Of a stretch of DNA of 64,000 bases, positions 23,015 to 36,956 are shown one piece after another; the stretch's first letter is position 1; each line of letters begins with the position of its first letter. A model generated the notes under the pieces. It worked only from the letters and a program-made list of their open reading frames with translations. It was not told the origin of the DNA and did no database searches. This stretch comes from Octopus sinensis (lineage: Eukaryota), in assembly GCF_006345805.1 (NCBI RefSeq), contig NC_043004.1, positions 58,094,001-58,158,000 of the forward strand, written 5' to 3'. The position numbers and the translations under genes are program-made.

Positions 23015-24234
23015 TCCCATCATTCATAATCACCTTTCTAACAGTTATCAACGTCAACTTCTCCATATAAACTGAGTTACTTAAACGACTAAATAATTGA
23101 TATACTGAAATTCATGCGTTGCCGAAGAGCCCCTTGGAAGTAAAAATGACTCAGGTTATAAATCGAAACCTAACCACAGCTTCTGCTTAACGTAAGCTTA
23201 ACTCTGTCCAAAGGATCCTGTACTCCTTCCAAATTAGATATATTGTTTTCCCCAAAATCAATAGTTAACCAAGTAAAGCCAGATGAATAGCAAAATTGAA
23301 ATTATGTTTGGCTGCGTTGAACGCCCGGAAATCGGTATAGTTATTAATATGGTGTTCTGATGCTTTTTTATTTTTCCTTTGCTTCTTTTTCGTAAACCGT
23401 AAAAATTCCACAAATATTCCGATCAAAACAAAAATATTGCATACATGCAAATGCAAATTATAGCCCAAAATATACTTTTAAATATGAACCGTAATCTGTA
23501 AGAAAATATTTGTTTCATACACTCCACAGGAAATTATATATGCAAATAACATTACCCAATCATTGCTACATCATTATGACCAATCAGTGCTAAATATATT
23601 AGATTCTACCTTGCCTTTGATGCTGAACAACAATAGTGACTCTTGACATTGATTGAAATCCCTATATCAGATACTCCCTACCTCCGCTCTCTGTGTTGCT
23701 CGCTCGTAATGCCTTTATAGTTTTCATGGCTTTTAGCGAAATAAGTGGGAGTGTAGCAGATTCAGCCGGCTTCAGTGTATAACTGAGATTATTTTATCAA
23801 CTTCAAAATAATTTCTCATGAGTTCTGTTGTTCTTAATGTCACTGCTCTGTGGGGAGTAATTTGTTTTACATGTGTTTGTCGTATTAAAAATGCTGATAA
23901 TAAATACATTTATATACATACATATGTATTAAAGCAAAAGATTGTTTTAACGCTTTTTGACTTGCAGCCTTTATGATGTAAAGTAATATTTTGAAACAGA
24001 TGCTGTTGTATCTTACCAGGGCAGGAACCTTTGTTTTTATGAGAAAAATTAATTACCTTCCCAAGATATAACATATTGCACTTATCAGTTTGAAAACTCT
24101 GGACAGGTTAAAAGCGAAGGAAAAGATCCGATAAAAAAGTTAGCCCAGTACACTGTAGGATGGTTGCTTTAGGGTTCTAGAGTTACAGTTAATGCTGTTA
24201 TATTTATTAACATAAAAAGAGAAAATACTGCAGT

Positions 24235-24385
24235 CGAGCAGATCGGTCTGGCAAAATCGTTCGCACATAGAACAAAAACGCTTAGCGATATTCCTTCCGC
24301 TTTACGTTCTGAGTTCAAATATCACCGGAGTCGATCTTGCTTTTCATCCTTTTGGGGCCGATAAAATAAGTACCAGTTGAGCAAT
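24235..24385 (+). mobile_element. Degenerate SINE B
   Basis: tggcaaaatcgtt, gcttagcg, ttacgttctgagttcaaat, ttttcatcctttggggccgataaaataagtaccagttg. Confidence 0.65.
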
Positions 24386-27149
24386 GATGCAGGTTTAATT
24401 AATGATAATAATGATAATAATTTATTTTAAACTAGGCACACGGTCCTAAACTAAGCACCACAAATTGTACTGAACCCGTTCTCAATCGGTTCGGTAATCC
24501 AATCTGATTTCGTTGAAATCCCAACTTCTCTATAGGGATAGGGAAGTCATCCGAGATAATATGAATATAAATCAAACCCTAAGTTTCATGGAAATTTTGA
24601 AACATTTCTCAGTTAATGATGAAATTATAGGCAGATAAATTTACCTTCATAAATTCATGAACTCAGAAAGAGTATGTAGGTTGAAATAATCAGTAATTTC
24701 TGCCCAGTAATTGCCACTGTTGTATCTATGGTCAAATCTTTCATTGCTCTAAAAATAGTTACCGTTGTGTAAAAGCAATCCACTGTTGTAAACAGTGGCA
24801 GCACCAGTAAATCAACACGTGATTTAATTGCTGTGCTAAGTTCGGGAATGTAAAGCTTAGAGAGGAATGGGATTCAATAAGCTGATTTTCTCAGGATAAA
24901 CTAATGAAGATCGAGTCTTTTGCCTATTCTACTGGATGGTTTAAGAAACTTTCTGTGCCACATAATGTAACTAATTGAACGAGTCGGCGAGCCTCATGAA
25001 AATGTAAACAAATCACGCTCAAACTATTCACTGCTGTCTTTAAAAAAACGAAAGAGTCACGATTAGAATGCCTTTAATAATAGATGTACTTGATCATGGC
25101 TGACTTGAAGCCAAACAAGAACAAGGTATAATGCGAATTATGAACGCCCTTCTGATTTGATATTAATCTTCAGTTCACCATCTCTGACGATGGGCAATAA
25201 AGAATCAGTTTTTATTCACTAATAAGCTTTAAATAGAACATTTCTTCAGCAAATTTCAGTTTTATGTATTTTTTATCTCTAGATTTATTAGACATTTGTG
25301 TTGATTTATCATCATTGAGCTCATTTCATCACAAAATCTAAAGGAAAATGCAATAAAATTCTCACGTCAAATTTATTGGTCACACAATTAAAACATAACA
25401 GTTCGAGTTAGATCTATAAGTAACGAAAGAATAACAAAATATAACGAACTTAGTTACATTTAATCCCAACTGGAAAATATATTCCCGTGCACTGTTAGAA
25501 CTTGCAAAAGGAAGTTTTATATTTGTAAACTTCTAATTTTTCTTAAGGTTCCGGCATTATTGTTTCTTTACATTTTTGTTCTTTGTGTAAGAGAAAGAGA
25601 ACTGTACGATAATTATTTTATAAATCAAATAGAAAGTAATTTATTAAACTTGTTTTCTCCTAGTGGACGCATTTATTACAAGATAGATAATCATTTCTTC
25701 ATAATATTTGGTATTTGAAATTTCAATTTGAAATTAGAGAACTACAAGGGAAAAGATGCATACAATTCACATACTTAATTTTTGTTTGGTTTTGTTTTCT
25801 CTTACGAAGTTGTGAATAATTCTAATCGGTGGTAATCATGTATAGCATTATCTCATTCTTTTTAGAAATCATCAGCATGATATAACCTAGCATTTATTTA
25901 TAAAACATTTTAAGAAGTGAGACATTTTATCATAGATCGAAATAATCTGTAGGAAGTTTAAGGAATATCTGCTTATTATTTTTTAATAAATTTGAGATCC
26001 GATATAATCAATTAGCTAAGCATAAAAAACATCTAAAGATTTATTGAATAGTAACAAACGTTATTTTTAACTTATTTAATTCATATCATTGTTTAGTTCT
26101 AAATTCAGAAATGTTATAGACATGTTATGATTAACTTTTAAATAGCTCGATAAACTAGGGAAGAAAACATACTTCACATATTTTAACCAATTCAATGTTG
26201 TGCTACAGTCGAACAAGAATAAGCTTTCTATTGCCAGTAAAATGCGACTAGTTGATATGTATATTTTAAGCTAAGATAAATGTTACTATCTGCTAACATC
26301 TAGAATTCACTGAAGTAAAATGTATGGATAGTCCAAATGAAATTCTATTTAGCTTCCCTATATTTTGTGCGACATATCAATTTCCATTTGCTTTCATTCT
26401 GTAAATTACAAATTCTAGCCGTATGAATATGTTCTTATTCTGTCTTACTATAAATATGTATGCACTAGTTATATAAGTCTATTTATTCGATGGCTATAAA
26501 TAATATATCCATTCATAATAATAAATATGAAAGGTTTTATAACAGCTGTCTCTCGAAGTCCCATCTCTCATGGGAAAAAAAGATCGTTTTTTTTTGTTCC
26601 CCTAATTTTTTAGTATTCCTGTATTTCATACAACAAAAGTTGCAATTCTGGGTGGGGGAATTAGAGAAATAGGATATTGTTGTCTAACACCGGGTCCGTT
26701 CACATCAAGCAGGCATTCCACCCATTTCAGCCATGAACATCCCGTCTTTTCAATGATATGTTGGACTTCATTATCTGATGTGTCCTGTTCCTAGATAAGG
26801 TGGTAGAGTGTAGCTTGAAGGAGGCTCGGTTGCTATTTTTAGATGTTCAAGTGACCACTTAAAGACACCCTATGTGGTTGAATATATTAGGATTCACTGA
26901 GAATAAATAAGAGTATAAAGGTACCCCTGAGATGATGTAGAAAATAAAGTGATAGGACACTGAAAGAGAAAATATAGTTGTTAAAAAATAAACTTAAAAT
27001 TTATCGAAAAATTTCAAAGCTAGAATAAAGCGAAGAATATACAGTAATATTAAATGTATGAAAATAATTGAGGAAATTTTTACAGTATTAGAATGCAGTC
27101 GAGGAGTAATACGGAGGAAAAAACATACCAGTTATATTAGAAAAATATA

Positions 27150-27330
27150 TGAGAATGCCATGAAATATTCTATTCATCCATCTTCTCCACCGGCTATTCC
27201 TGGGAGAATCGAGAGGAGGTGGGGTCCAGTCCTCCATTGGGTCATATCAGAAGCAAACGTCATTACACTTTCTGACTGGATTCTCAAATGGGACCAAACT
27301 GAAACTATAGATATCCTCCAGCCATTTCGA
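27150..27330 (-). mobile_element. Possible 3' relic of an RTE/L2-type LINE
   Basis: Minus frame NGWRISI...VMTFASDMTQWR resembles the end of RT ORFs (W..D....A.DR.QWR); weak. Confidence 0.3.
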
Positions 27331-27576
27331 ACTTAGTCTACTCCGAGGTCTGCCGGTTGGCCCGGATTGAAGAACCCGATTCTTTCTTCCGACATTCTAA
27401 TCACATATCAATAGTATCAAAGCTGCGGAGAAGTGGCGGCTCGACTTGAAGAGATTTTTCACGTACGAGCTATCCAGAGACTCTTCGGCGAAACTCCATT
27501 TCGGCTGCATGTACTCACAACCGTACTCTCTTCGTCATTACCAATTTATCTTACAGAAGTTTTTGAGAATGCTATA

Positions 27577-27981
27577 TTCTTTTACTTGTTTCAGTCATTT
27601 GAGTGTATCCATGCTGGAGCACCGCCTTTATTCGAGAAAATCGACCCCAGGACTTATTTTTTGTAAGCTTAGTACTTATTCTGTTGGTCTCTTTTTGCTG
27701 AACCGCTAAGTTACGGGAACGTAAACACACCAGCATCGGTTGTCAAGCGATGTTGGGGGGACAAACATACACACACACACATATATATATTTATATATAT
27801 ATATGTATACACATATACGACGGGTTTCTTTCAGTTTCAGTCTACCAAATCCACTCACAAGGCCTTGGTCGACCCGAGGCTATAGTAGAAGACACTTGCC
27901 CAAGGTGCCACGCAGTGGGACTGAACCCGGAACCATGTGGCTGGTAAACAAGCTACTTACCACACGGCCACTCCTACGCCT
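27577..27981 (-). mobile_element. SINE family A
   Basis: Full reverse-complement A copy. Confidence 0.9.
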
Positions 27982-29793
27982 ATGAGAAAATATTTTGGGA
28001 TACAAATTGAAAATTGTCCCAGAAACTTAAATTTTTATGTATTTTTTGTACTTTGGTCAAATTTACTGCAATCTCAATTTTGTGGGGGTGGGGGGTCTAA
28101 CATAGACTCATGAACATACATTGAAATTCTACTTTCTTCTGTGATCGAGTCTATGTGAAATAATTTAATATTAACAATATTGCATGGTACTCTAAAAGTG
28201 AGCACAAGAAAACCATTTCAATTATTTTTTTTGTACCCTGCTGTACCGTCTATATTTTAAACACACTAACTGCTTCTTCATGTTTCACTGCTGTTTTTAT
28301 ATTGTTGTTGAATTTTTACATTGAATCTCAGGATATGTTCTTTAAATCTCTATAACCTTGTCATAAGAAAATTACATTCTACTGTCTTTTTGAAAGAGTT
28401 CTTTGTTTACATGTTGCTAAGCATTGCCAATCATATTAGTGTGTATATAAATAATCCTGTACGTGTGTAGTTCTTTGAGCGTTCTGTGCGCGTGTGTTCG
28501 TAAGAGAGAAAGTGGGAGAAGCAAAGTTTGTGTTTGATGTGTTTTTGCTTGGCAAATAGACAGTTATGAAGGCAAGCAGAAGTAGAGAAAATATTTTAAA
28601 TTTAGTTTGTTCTTTCTTGTGAAGATTTGATCTTTTCTATAGTGTTTGTTGCTTTTACCGGGCAATCTTACGAAACAGAAATATTTCAAATTAAATTGAA
28701 TATCACAAACTAGAAGTAAATCATGAAATTTGCCTTTCAGACAATCTTCTGTCAGTATGAGTTTTAACAGCTGCCACAGATTTGTAGCCATTATCTTAAA
28801 CACCGTCAACGATCTTTCTGAACTAAAAATTTGGTTATTATTTTTTATACGAAACCCATGAAAACATCAGAAGGGATACTCAGGAAAGACTAAGAATCAT
28901 GAAAATAGGTGGTATTAAAGGTAAAAAGCAGGAAAGTCTGCTTATATAATTTTTGACAAGACAGCAAGCTTGTCATTACGGTAGTATATTGATGAGTTTC
29001 ACTCCTAATTACGCAATCACCTCCAAGATATCTAACTTCATCCGTATTATGTTTGTTGTTATGTTTATTCTGCGAAATATTTTCTTCTGAAAGTAAACAT
29101 TCTTAGTCGCTCCTGCAAATGATTGTCTTTTGACACACACACACACACGCAAAAAGTGTGTGCATGAGTCTCTAAATAAACTTTATATTTCGTAGCTCTG
29201 AGTTTCACGTCTTTGATCTTCAGACATAAATCGGTCAATGAAGGGGAAACTAATTGTTATTATGAATATTCAAAAGAAGTGCAAAAATAAAAAAAATAAA
29301 GTTTCGAATTGTTTACTGGTACAAAAACAAATATAATATAATATAATATAACGAGATAATGCGATTAGGTGAACAGGCGTTGTGTAGTCCAAACAATTCA
29401 TGTAAAAAATACTTTCATATTTAAATACTTTGAGAATATTAAAATATTAAAGCGTAAGAGACGGAAATTTATATAAAAGAGAAGATGTGACATTGAAAAA
29501 CAATCGACCACACTTTAACATTCACAGAATAATAGTAATTCATAAACTTATTTTATGAAAATGTTATTTTGAAATATTCGCCTTGCAGCTTAGTGATAGA
29601 AACACTTGGCAGTAATTGGTCGCCCAGTTTAACATCAGCTGACACATTTGGTGCCTTTAGCAGAGCCCACTCCGGTGCAGGCCAGGACTAAGATTTGAGG
29701 ATACCTTCCTCCTCCCCCACCCTTTCAATCATGGAGACCTTGTAAAGGGTCACAAACATTGCCTTCCTCCTTGGCTAAAAGATAAAAACAATA

Positions 29794-30191
29794 TCTCTAT
29801 ATATAAAAGAGAAGTTGTGTGTCTGTCTCCTACGATTTAGATTCCTAACTACTCCCACATTTTGCGGTGCATTTTAACCAAAACCGGGTATCTTATAGTC
29901 GTGATTCATATCGAGCCCTTCTGGGTATTAGCGCGCGTCTACGATGAGTCTACGATTTTTAAAAAAAATTACCATCATTTTTTTCCATTTTAATGCATTT
30001 TTTCGCTATTATATAAGGGAAGTAACTCTCTAAAAATGTCTACGATGCGTCAACGATTTAAAAAAAAAAATTACCATCATTTTTTCCCATTTTTAATTCA
30101 TTTTTTTGCTATTTTTTGGCTATAACTCTCTAAAAATGTTTATATAGTTATTTCCCTTACAAACCTGAGCAACGCCGGGCGATACTGCTGG
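29794..30191 (+). mobile_element. Non-autonomous Helitron, copy 3
   Basis: A|TC start (tctctatatataaaag); hairpin cctg-agcaacgc-cggg; CTGG|T end (CTRR); two internal units as in copy 1. Confidence 0.85.
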
Positions 30192-30840
30192 TAAATTATA
30201 AAATAAAAACAAGACAGAAGAAAAGAAAAGTAACCACAGAAAGTATCGGGGGGAGGGGAATGATAGCTAAATAGAAAGAGAATTGCAGAAAGTGAGACAG
30301 CGACAGAGACAGAAAAGGTAGTAGACAGACGGACAAACAGATAGACTGACAGACAACATATTAAATTATTGCAGCCAGTGGGAAAAATATGCTGAAAATC
30401 TAAATTTTGTGTAAATATGCTTCTTCATAATATCAAAATAGCAAAAAGTAATGAGAATGTCCGTTCTTGAATTAAAGCTACCGTTAACATGGGGTGGTAT
30501 AAATGGCTTTTCTGTTAAATAAAGTTTATTAAGTTTATTTTCAAGTCCCGTTTCCATAAGTATTCTTGCTTCTGCATTTGCTAATAAGTACTTTAATTAT
30601 CTGGATAGCCACACTAGAAAACTCTCTCCATTAATTATGGTCATTTACTTTATTGTGGTCAAATTGATGAGGTTTGACCAATGTTTTTGCATCATCTTCG
30701 ATTAGGTGCTGCACGGTTTCTTCTATTCTCAATTTATTCTTCAAGTCATACGTGCATACATACATACATACATACATACATACATACATACATACATACA
30801 TACATACATACATACGTACGTACATAATGCACACACACAA

Positions 30841-30891
<51 letters not shown>

Positions 30892-31837
30892 CATGCACAG
30901 ACACAAATATCTTTGTATACATAATGTATATATGTATTTATGCTTGCATTTTTTTCCGGCTATAAAGCTACCCAAGTGACTGAAGACCTGAGGGTTACGT
31001 GAATTGCAATTATCATTTATTGATGCAATGCACGAGCCTTTCGTCACTTGAGTCACATTGCAGCCAAACGTTTTTATGTATTCTTAAAATAAAATATTTC
31101 TATATACTCTTATGAACTGAGTTCTATTTCTGCGTTCTTTTCATATCCTGGGGCATTTATGGCTTATTTATCCGGAATTGATAAATAATATACTTATCTG
31201 GTACTGTGTATTGGCGAAATATTAGGTCAGGTGCTTTGTGGATTCTTTTTTGGTTCAGTGCGTTTTAAGTTTAAATTACGCCTCCTATCACCGGAAAATA
31301 ACAGGCCCTTCGGGACTCTGCGAAAATGTGATTGGCTTGAGAAGGCCTAAAACATGTAAGCAACTTTATCAGCTGATTATCCTCGCCGGCGGCAAAAGAC
31401 AAGGCAAAAGGAATCAATTCTTATGCACTCAAACAAAATTGCGCATACAAGCACAGGCATATAGTCACACATACATACGCACGACACACAAACGCGCACA
31501 CACGCACGCATACTTACACATACTTAACACACGCATGTATGTGCTTATGTATATGTGTATATTTAAATATATTTTGATAAATAAATATTTATGTATGCGT
31601 ATATAGATTTGTGAGTGTATGCAGATGTATATATACATACATGTATATATACTTATATATAAGTAATTATGCGGATTATATGTTCACATACGCAAATACA
31701 TTTACATATAACATTTATATAAAAACATATATTTATTAATATGCCGAAGCATATAAACTAGCATACATGAACACTATAGAATTTATTCATGTACGCACTC
31801 ACACACACACACACACACACACTCAAACATACACACC

Positions 31838-31951
<114 letters not shown>

Positions 31952-32265
31952 GTGCGTGCTAGTATTTGAAATAGAGCGATGGAATGGAAAATGGAAAGAG
32001 AGACTGACGGAATGAAAATGAGTGCCATGGTAACATATAATTTGGAAACATTCGAAGAGAAGTCAAGGTTAACACCGTGAAGTAATAGATTCCATAGAAA
32101 CCAACCAACAAACACAAATTACCAAGCTTCATCGTCAAACGAAATAGTAGCTAGTAGTAGTAGCAGAATTGCTGAGATTGGTCGCTACTATGTGACTGGT
32201 GGAATTAGTGCAAAATTGTGTTTGAATTGAAGCCGATAATGTGATGTTGGCTAAGTCAAGAGGTC

Positions 32266-32279
32266 GTTGCCATAGTAAC
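32266..32279. promoter_or_regulatory. Candidate RFX X-box
   Basis: GTTGCCATAGTAAC fits GTNRCC-AT-RGYAAC; partial second site AGTGCCATGGTAAC at 32021-32034; ATTGG at 32177-32181. Confidence 0.4.
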
Positions 32280-32481
32280 ATTTCAAAATGTTTATATATA
32301 TATATATATATATGATTTTTGTCTTAATTTCAAATGAGTTTTTTTTTTTTCTTTGGAAACATGAAAGAATTATTACATACTATTTTATTGTTACTTATCT
32401 GGCTGCAACGTAAGAAATGCTCGTTCGCATTCTGTGTGTAGTACGTGTTACTTGAAGACTTCAAATAAATTTTCTGTTTGT

Positions 32482-32715
32482 CTTTCACCTTTTCATCAAT
32501 TACATGTTTCAGCCATTGGCCTGCGGCTATGCTGGAGCATCGCTTCGAATGGTTTAGCAAAAAGAAATCGACCCCAGTACTTATTTTTAAGCTTATTATT
32601 TATTTCTATCAGTCCCTTTCAGTCGAATCGCTAAATTACAGGTACCAAAACAACCATTACCAGAGGTCAAGCGGCGAGGCGGAGCACAAAAAGCAATTAC
32701 AAAAATGCAAACGCA

Positions 32716-32748
<33 letters not shown>

Positions 32749-32895
32749 ACACACACACACACACACAACACGATGTTTTTTCACTTCCCGTCTACCAAAT
32801 CCACCCCACAAAGTTTTGGTCGACCAGGGTTAAAATCGAAAACACTTGCCCAAGGTGTCACGTGGGACCTTTTGGCTGAGCAGCAAATTTCTTAC
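32482..32895 (-). mobile_element. Old diverged SINE A
   Basis: tgtttcagccattggcctgcggctatgctggagcatcgc, CA centre, cgtctaccaaatcc, acacttgcccaaggtg. Confidence 0.7.
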
Positions 32896-33069
32896 TTGGG
32901 CACGAAAATATTTTATGTTTCTTAAAGTCATTCCATTCTATTTAATTTTTTATCAATAATGAATATATTATCTAATGTCATATTTTTATGATTTTATGGC
33001 GTTATTTCAGGGATAATTAGCTTTTTTTATGTTGTCGGTAAAAATAGTAGAGGCTACCAGTGTGGTAAA

Positions 33070-33215
33070 TCTCAGACACAACCGCCATTTTTCATCATAC
33101 ACTGCGGTCTCGTGCCACAGACTGTCCATTACTTGATTCCTTCGTTCCAGTCTTTGTCGCTCGCAAGCTTGTTTTCCGTTCATCCCGTGTGACCAGAATA
33201 TTGTTAATAGATCTA
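33070..33215 (-). mobile_element. Possible RTE-type LINE ORF 3' relic
   Basis: Frame GMNGKQACERQRLE..DSLW resembles G.I.GKR.RGRQRL..LDSL; weak. Confidence 0.3.
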
Positions 33216-33222
33216 CACAAAT

Positions 33223-33646
33223 AGGCGCAGGAGTGGCTGTGTGGTAAGTAGCTTGCTAACCAACCACATCGTTCCGGGTTCAGTCCCACTGCGAGGCATC
33301 TTGGGCAAGTGTCTTCTGCTATAGCCTCGGGCCGACCAATGCCTTGTGAGTGGATTTGGTAGACGGAAACTGAAAGAAGCCTGTCGGATATATGTATATA
33401 TATATATGTATGTGGGTGTGTATGTTTGTGTGTCTGTGTTTGTCCCCCTAGCATTGCTTGACAACCGATGCTGGTGTGTTTATGTCCCCGTCACTTAGCG
33501 GTTCGGCAAAAAGAGACCGATTGAATAAGTACTGGGCTTACAAAGAATAAGTCCCGGGGTCGAGTTGTTCGATTAAAGGCGGTGCTCCAGCATGGCCGCA
33601 GTCAAATGACTGAAACAAGTAAAAGAGTAAAAGAGTAAAAGAGTAA
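33223..33646 (+). mobile_element. SINE family A, full length
   Basis: All modules present; tail (GTAAAAGA)x3. Confidence 0.92.
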
Positions 33647-34383
33647 ATACATTTTCAGACAGTTTGTTAATGAATTTCTCTTTCTCTAGCAATTTGCTAA
33701 AATATGATTTATTTTCATTTCATCTGCAATGGAAACAGTGTAAAGTGAGATAAATATCTTGATTAAAAATGATGTCGATTAAAGCAAATTTTTCGATGAG
33801 TAACAATATTTCAGAAAATCAAGTTAGAATAAGAACTGAATTGTCACTGAGCCAACCAGTTTGCAGACGATTTTCTATGTAAGAGTGGGATTCAATCTCA
33901 GCTTCTCATACTGCGAAACTAAACTCCAATTTCCAGTTCATTGCCATATTACCACGTTGGTTTTTTTTTTTTGGTTTTTTTTTCATTTCTTGCGTTGCAG
34001 TCAGATATGGGGGACAAGTTCAATATTTTATGTACAGCAACACTACACTGGACTTATATCGTAGCTGGAGGTGAGGATGAGGGGGTAATTTACGCCGGGT
34101 GACGCTTTTATGGAGGTTGCTTTTGGGTCTGCAGTGTAAATCCTGTATAGGAGTATATCACGGAGGTGCGGCAGAATCACGGATCGCCCCAGATGGGTCG
34201 CACTCTCACTATGCCACAGCTCTGGCCTCAGGAACTGGAGGTATAATCATACTTCTTCACCCGAAAGTATGTGTAACCACGTGGCTATTGCACCTCTCAC
34301 TTATAGAGTGATGTGACCAATGTGGAATGAGTGTAAATGTTGGGGAGAAATGATGACCTGTGGTTTTAGAGGGAACACTCTCT

Positions 34384-34796
34384 CTCTTTTTACTCTTTTA
34401 GTTGCTTCAGTCATTTGACTGCGGCCATGCTGGAGCACCGCCTTTAATCGAGCAACTCGACCCCGGGACTTATTCTTTTTTTGTAAGCCCAGTACTTATT
34501 CTATCGGTTTCTTTTGCCGAACCGCTAAGTAACGGGGACATAAACACACCAGCATCGGTTGTCAAGCAATGCTAGGGGGACAAACACAGACACACAAATA
34601 CACACACACGCATATACATATATACACATATACGACGGGCTTCTCTTCAGTTTCCGTCTACCAAATCCACTCACAAGGCTTTGGTCGACCCGAGGCTATA
34701 GTAGAAGACACTTGCCCAAGGTGCCACGCAGTGGGACTGAACCCGGAACCATATGGCTGGTAAACAAGATACTTACCACACAGCCACTCCTGCGTC
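34384..34796 (-). mobile_element. SINE family A
   Basis: Full reverse-complement copy. Confidence 0.9.
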
Positions 34797-35097
34797 ACAT
34801 ATAAATAGAAAATAAGGAATCCAATATTTTGTACGTTGAAAAGGTTATAGTCTTAACGACAGGAGATACAACTGACTCCCAGAGCATCCATTTTCTACTA
34901 AAGTTTTATTTAAAAAGAGAGAAAATACAGAAATTATTACATTCTGTTTCACATCAAAGTCAACCTTTTAACCATGTTGGAAGCAAGATGTTTCTGTACT
35001 TGGAGGAATATTGTATTCATGTTGTCAACAATTTTAGATATTAGCCTAGTAGCCAAATACTGATTGTGTAATATTGTTTTGTTTGTTTTTTATTTAT

Positions 35098-35261
35098 AGG
35101 CGCAGGAGTGGCTGCGTGGTAAGCAGCTTGCTTACCAACCACATGGTTCCGGGTTCAGTCCCACTGCATGGCACCTTGGGCAAGTGTCTTCTACTATAGC
35201 CTCGGGCCGACCAAAGCCTTGTGAGTGTATTTGGTAGACGGAAACTGAAAGAAGTCCGTCG

Positions 35262-35302
<41 letters not shown>

Positions 35303-35545
35303 TTCTTTACTACCCACAAGGGGTTAAACACAGAGGAGACAAACAAGGACAGACAAACGGATTAAGTCGATTACATCGACCCAGTGCGTAACTGGTACTT
35401 AATTTATCGACCCCGGAAGGATGAAAGGCAAAGTCGACCTCGGCGGAATTTGAACTCGGAATGTAACGGCAGACGAAATACGGCAACGCATTTCGCCCGG
35501 CGTGCTAACGTTTCTGCCAGCTCGCCGCCTTTATATTTATATATA

Positions 35546-35619
<74 letters not shown>

Positions 35620-35865
35620 TGTGTGTGTCTGTGTGTGTGTGTGTGTGTTTATGTGTCTGTGTTTGTCCCCCCCCCCAACATCGCTTGATAACCGATGCTG
35701 GTGTGTTTACATCCTCGTAACTTAGCGGTTCAGCAAAAGACACCGATAGAGTAAGTACTAGGCTTACAAAGAATAAGTCCTGGGGTCGATTTGCTCGACT
35801 AAAAGGCGGTGCTCCAGCATGGCCGCAGTAAAATGACTGAAACAAGTAAAAGAGTAAAAGAGTAA
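35098..35865 (+). mobile_element. SINE family A interrupted by a SINE B in its central microsatellite
   Basis: A 5' half 35098-35260; TA tract; B copy; TA/TG tract; A 3' half ~35645-35865. Confidence 0.9.
35300..35531 (-). mobile_element. SINE family B, tail type 1 (nested)
   Basis: Full B copy flanked on both sides by (TA)n. Confidence 0.9.
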
Positions 35866-35959
35866 CTCCGAAATTTATATTATTGAGACTATTGTATGCA
35901 TATTGTCAACTTTGCTTTTCATACTTTCGACATCGATAAAAAAAATATTAATCAGAGCG

Positions 35960-36345
35960 GAAGAAAACACTCCGTCGGTTACGACGACGAGGGTTCCGGT
36001 TGATCCGAATCAACGGAACAGCCTGCTCGTGAAATTAACGTGTAAGTGGCTGAGCACTCCACAGGCACGTGTACCCTTAACGTAGTTCTCGGGGATATTC
36101 AGCGTGACACAGAGATGACAAGGCCGGCCCTTTGAAATACAGGTACAACAGAAACAGGAAGTAAGAGTGAGAGAAAGTTGTGGCGAAAGAGTACAGCAGG
36201 GATCACCACCATCCCTGCCGGAGCCTCGTGGAGCTTTAGGTGTTTTCGCTCAATAAACACTCACAACGCCCGGTCTGGGAATCGAAACCGCGATCCTATG
36301 ACCGCGAGTCCGCTGCCCTAACCACTGGGCCATTGCACCTCCACA
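35960..36345 (-). mobile_element. SINE family C, copy 2
   Basis: Reverse complement of 7481-7863 with few differences. Confidence 0.9.
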
Positions 36346-36567
36346 TTGAAACTATAAGAACGTCAGAAGGATAGCTTTCGGGATTTGTTCCGGTTCTTTG
36401 TGTTCTGAGTTCAGTTCCAGCCGTTGCTTACTTGGGTGGCAGATTTAATCTAGCGTTCGATTTAGTACCGCCGCTTGGCACCTTAGGAATCTTTAGTGGA
36501 TTTCCGGGTTTGATAATTCCCACTTCTCTCCTCACTTGTTCCGAAAGCCCTGTCATTGTGTCATGAG

Positions 36568-36956
36568 TACTCTCTTTTACTCTTTTACTCTTTTCAGTCA
36601 TTTGACTGCAGCCATGCTGGAGCACCGCCTTTAGTCGAGCAAATCTTTGTAAGCCCAGTACTTATTCTATCGGTCTCTTTTGCCGAACCGCTAAGTAACG
36701 GGGGCGTAAACACACCAGCATCGGTTGTCAAGCAATGCTAGGGGGACACACACAGACACACAAACACACATATATATACATATACATATATACGACAGGC
36801 TTCTTTCAGTTTCCGTCTACCAAATCCACTCACAAGGCATTGGTCGGCCCGAGGCTATAGCAGAAGACACTTGCCCAAGGTGCCACGCAGTGGGACTGAA
36901 CCCGGAACCATGTGGCTGGTAAGCAAGCTACTTACCACACAGCCACTCCTGCGCCT
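36568..36956 (-). mobile_element. SINE family A with small internal deletions
   Basis: Lacks the cgaccccgggacttatt segment and part of the tail; otherwise consensus. Confidence 0.88.
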
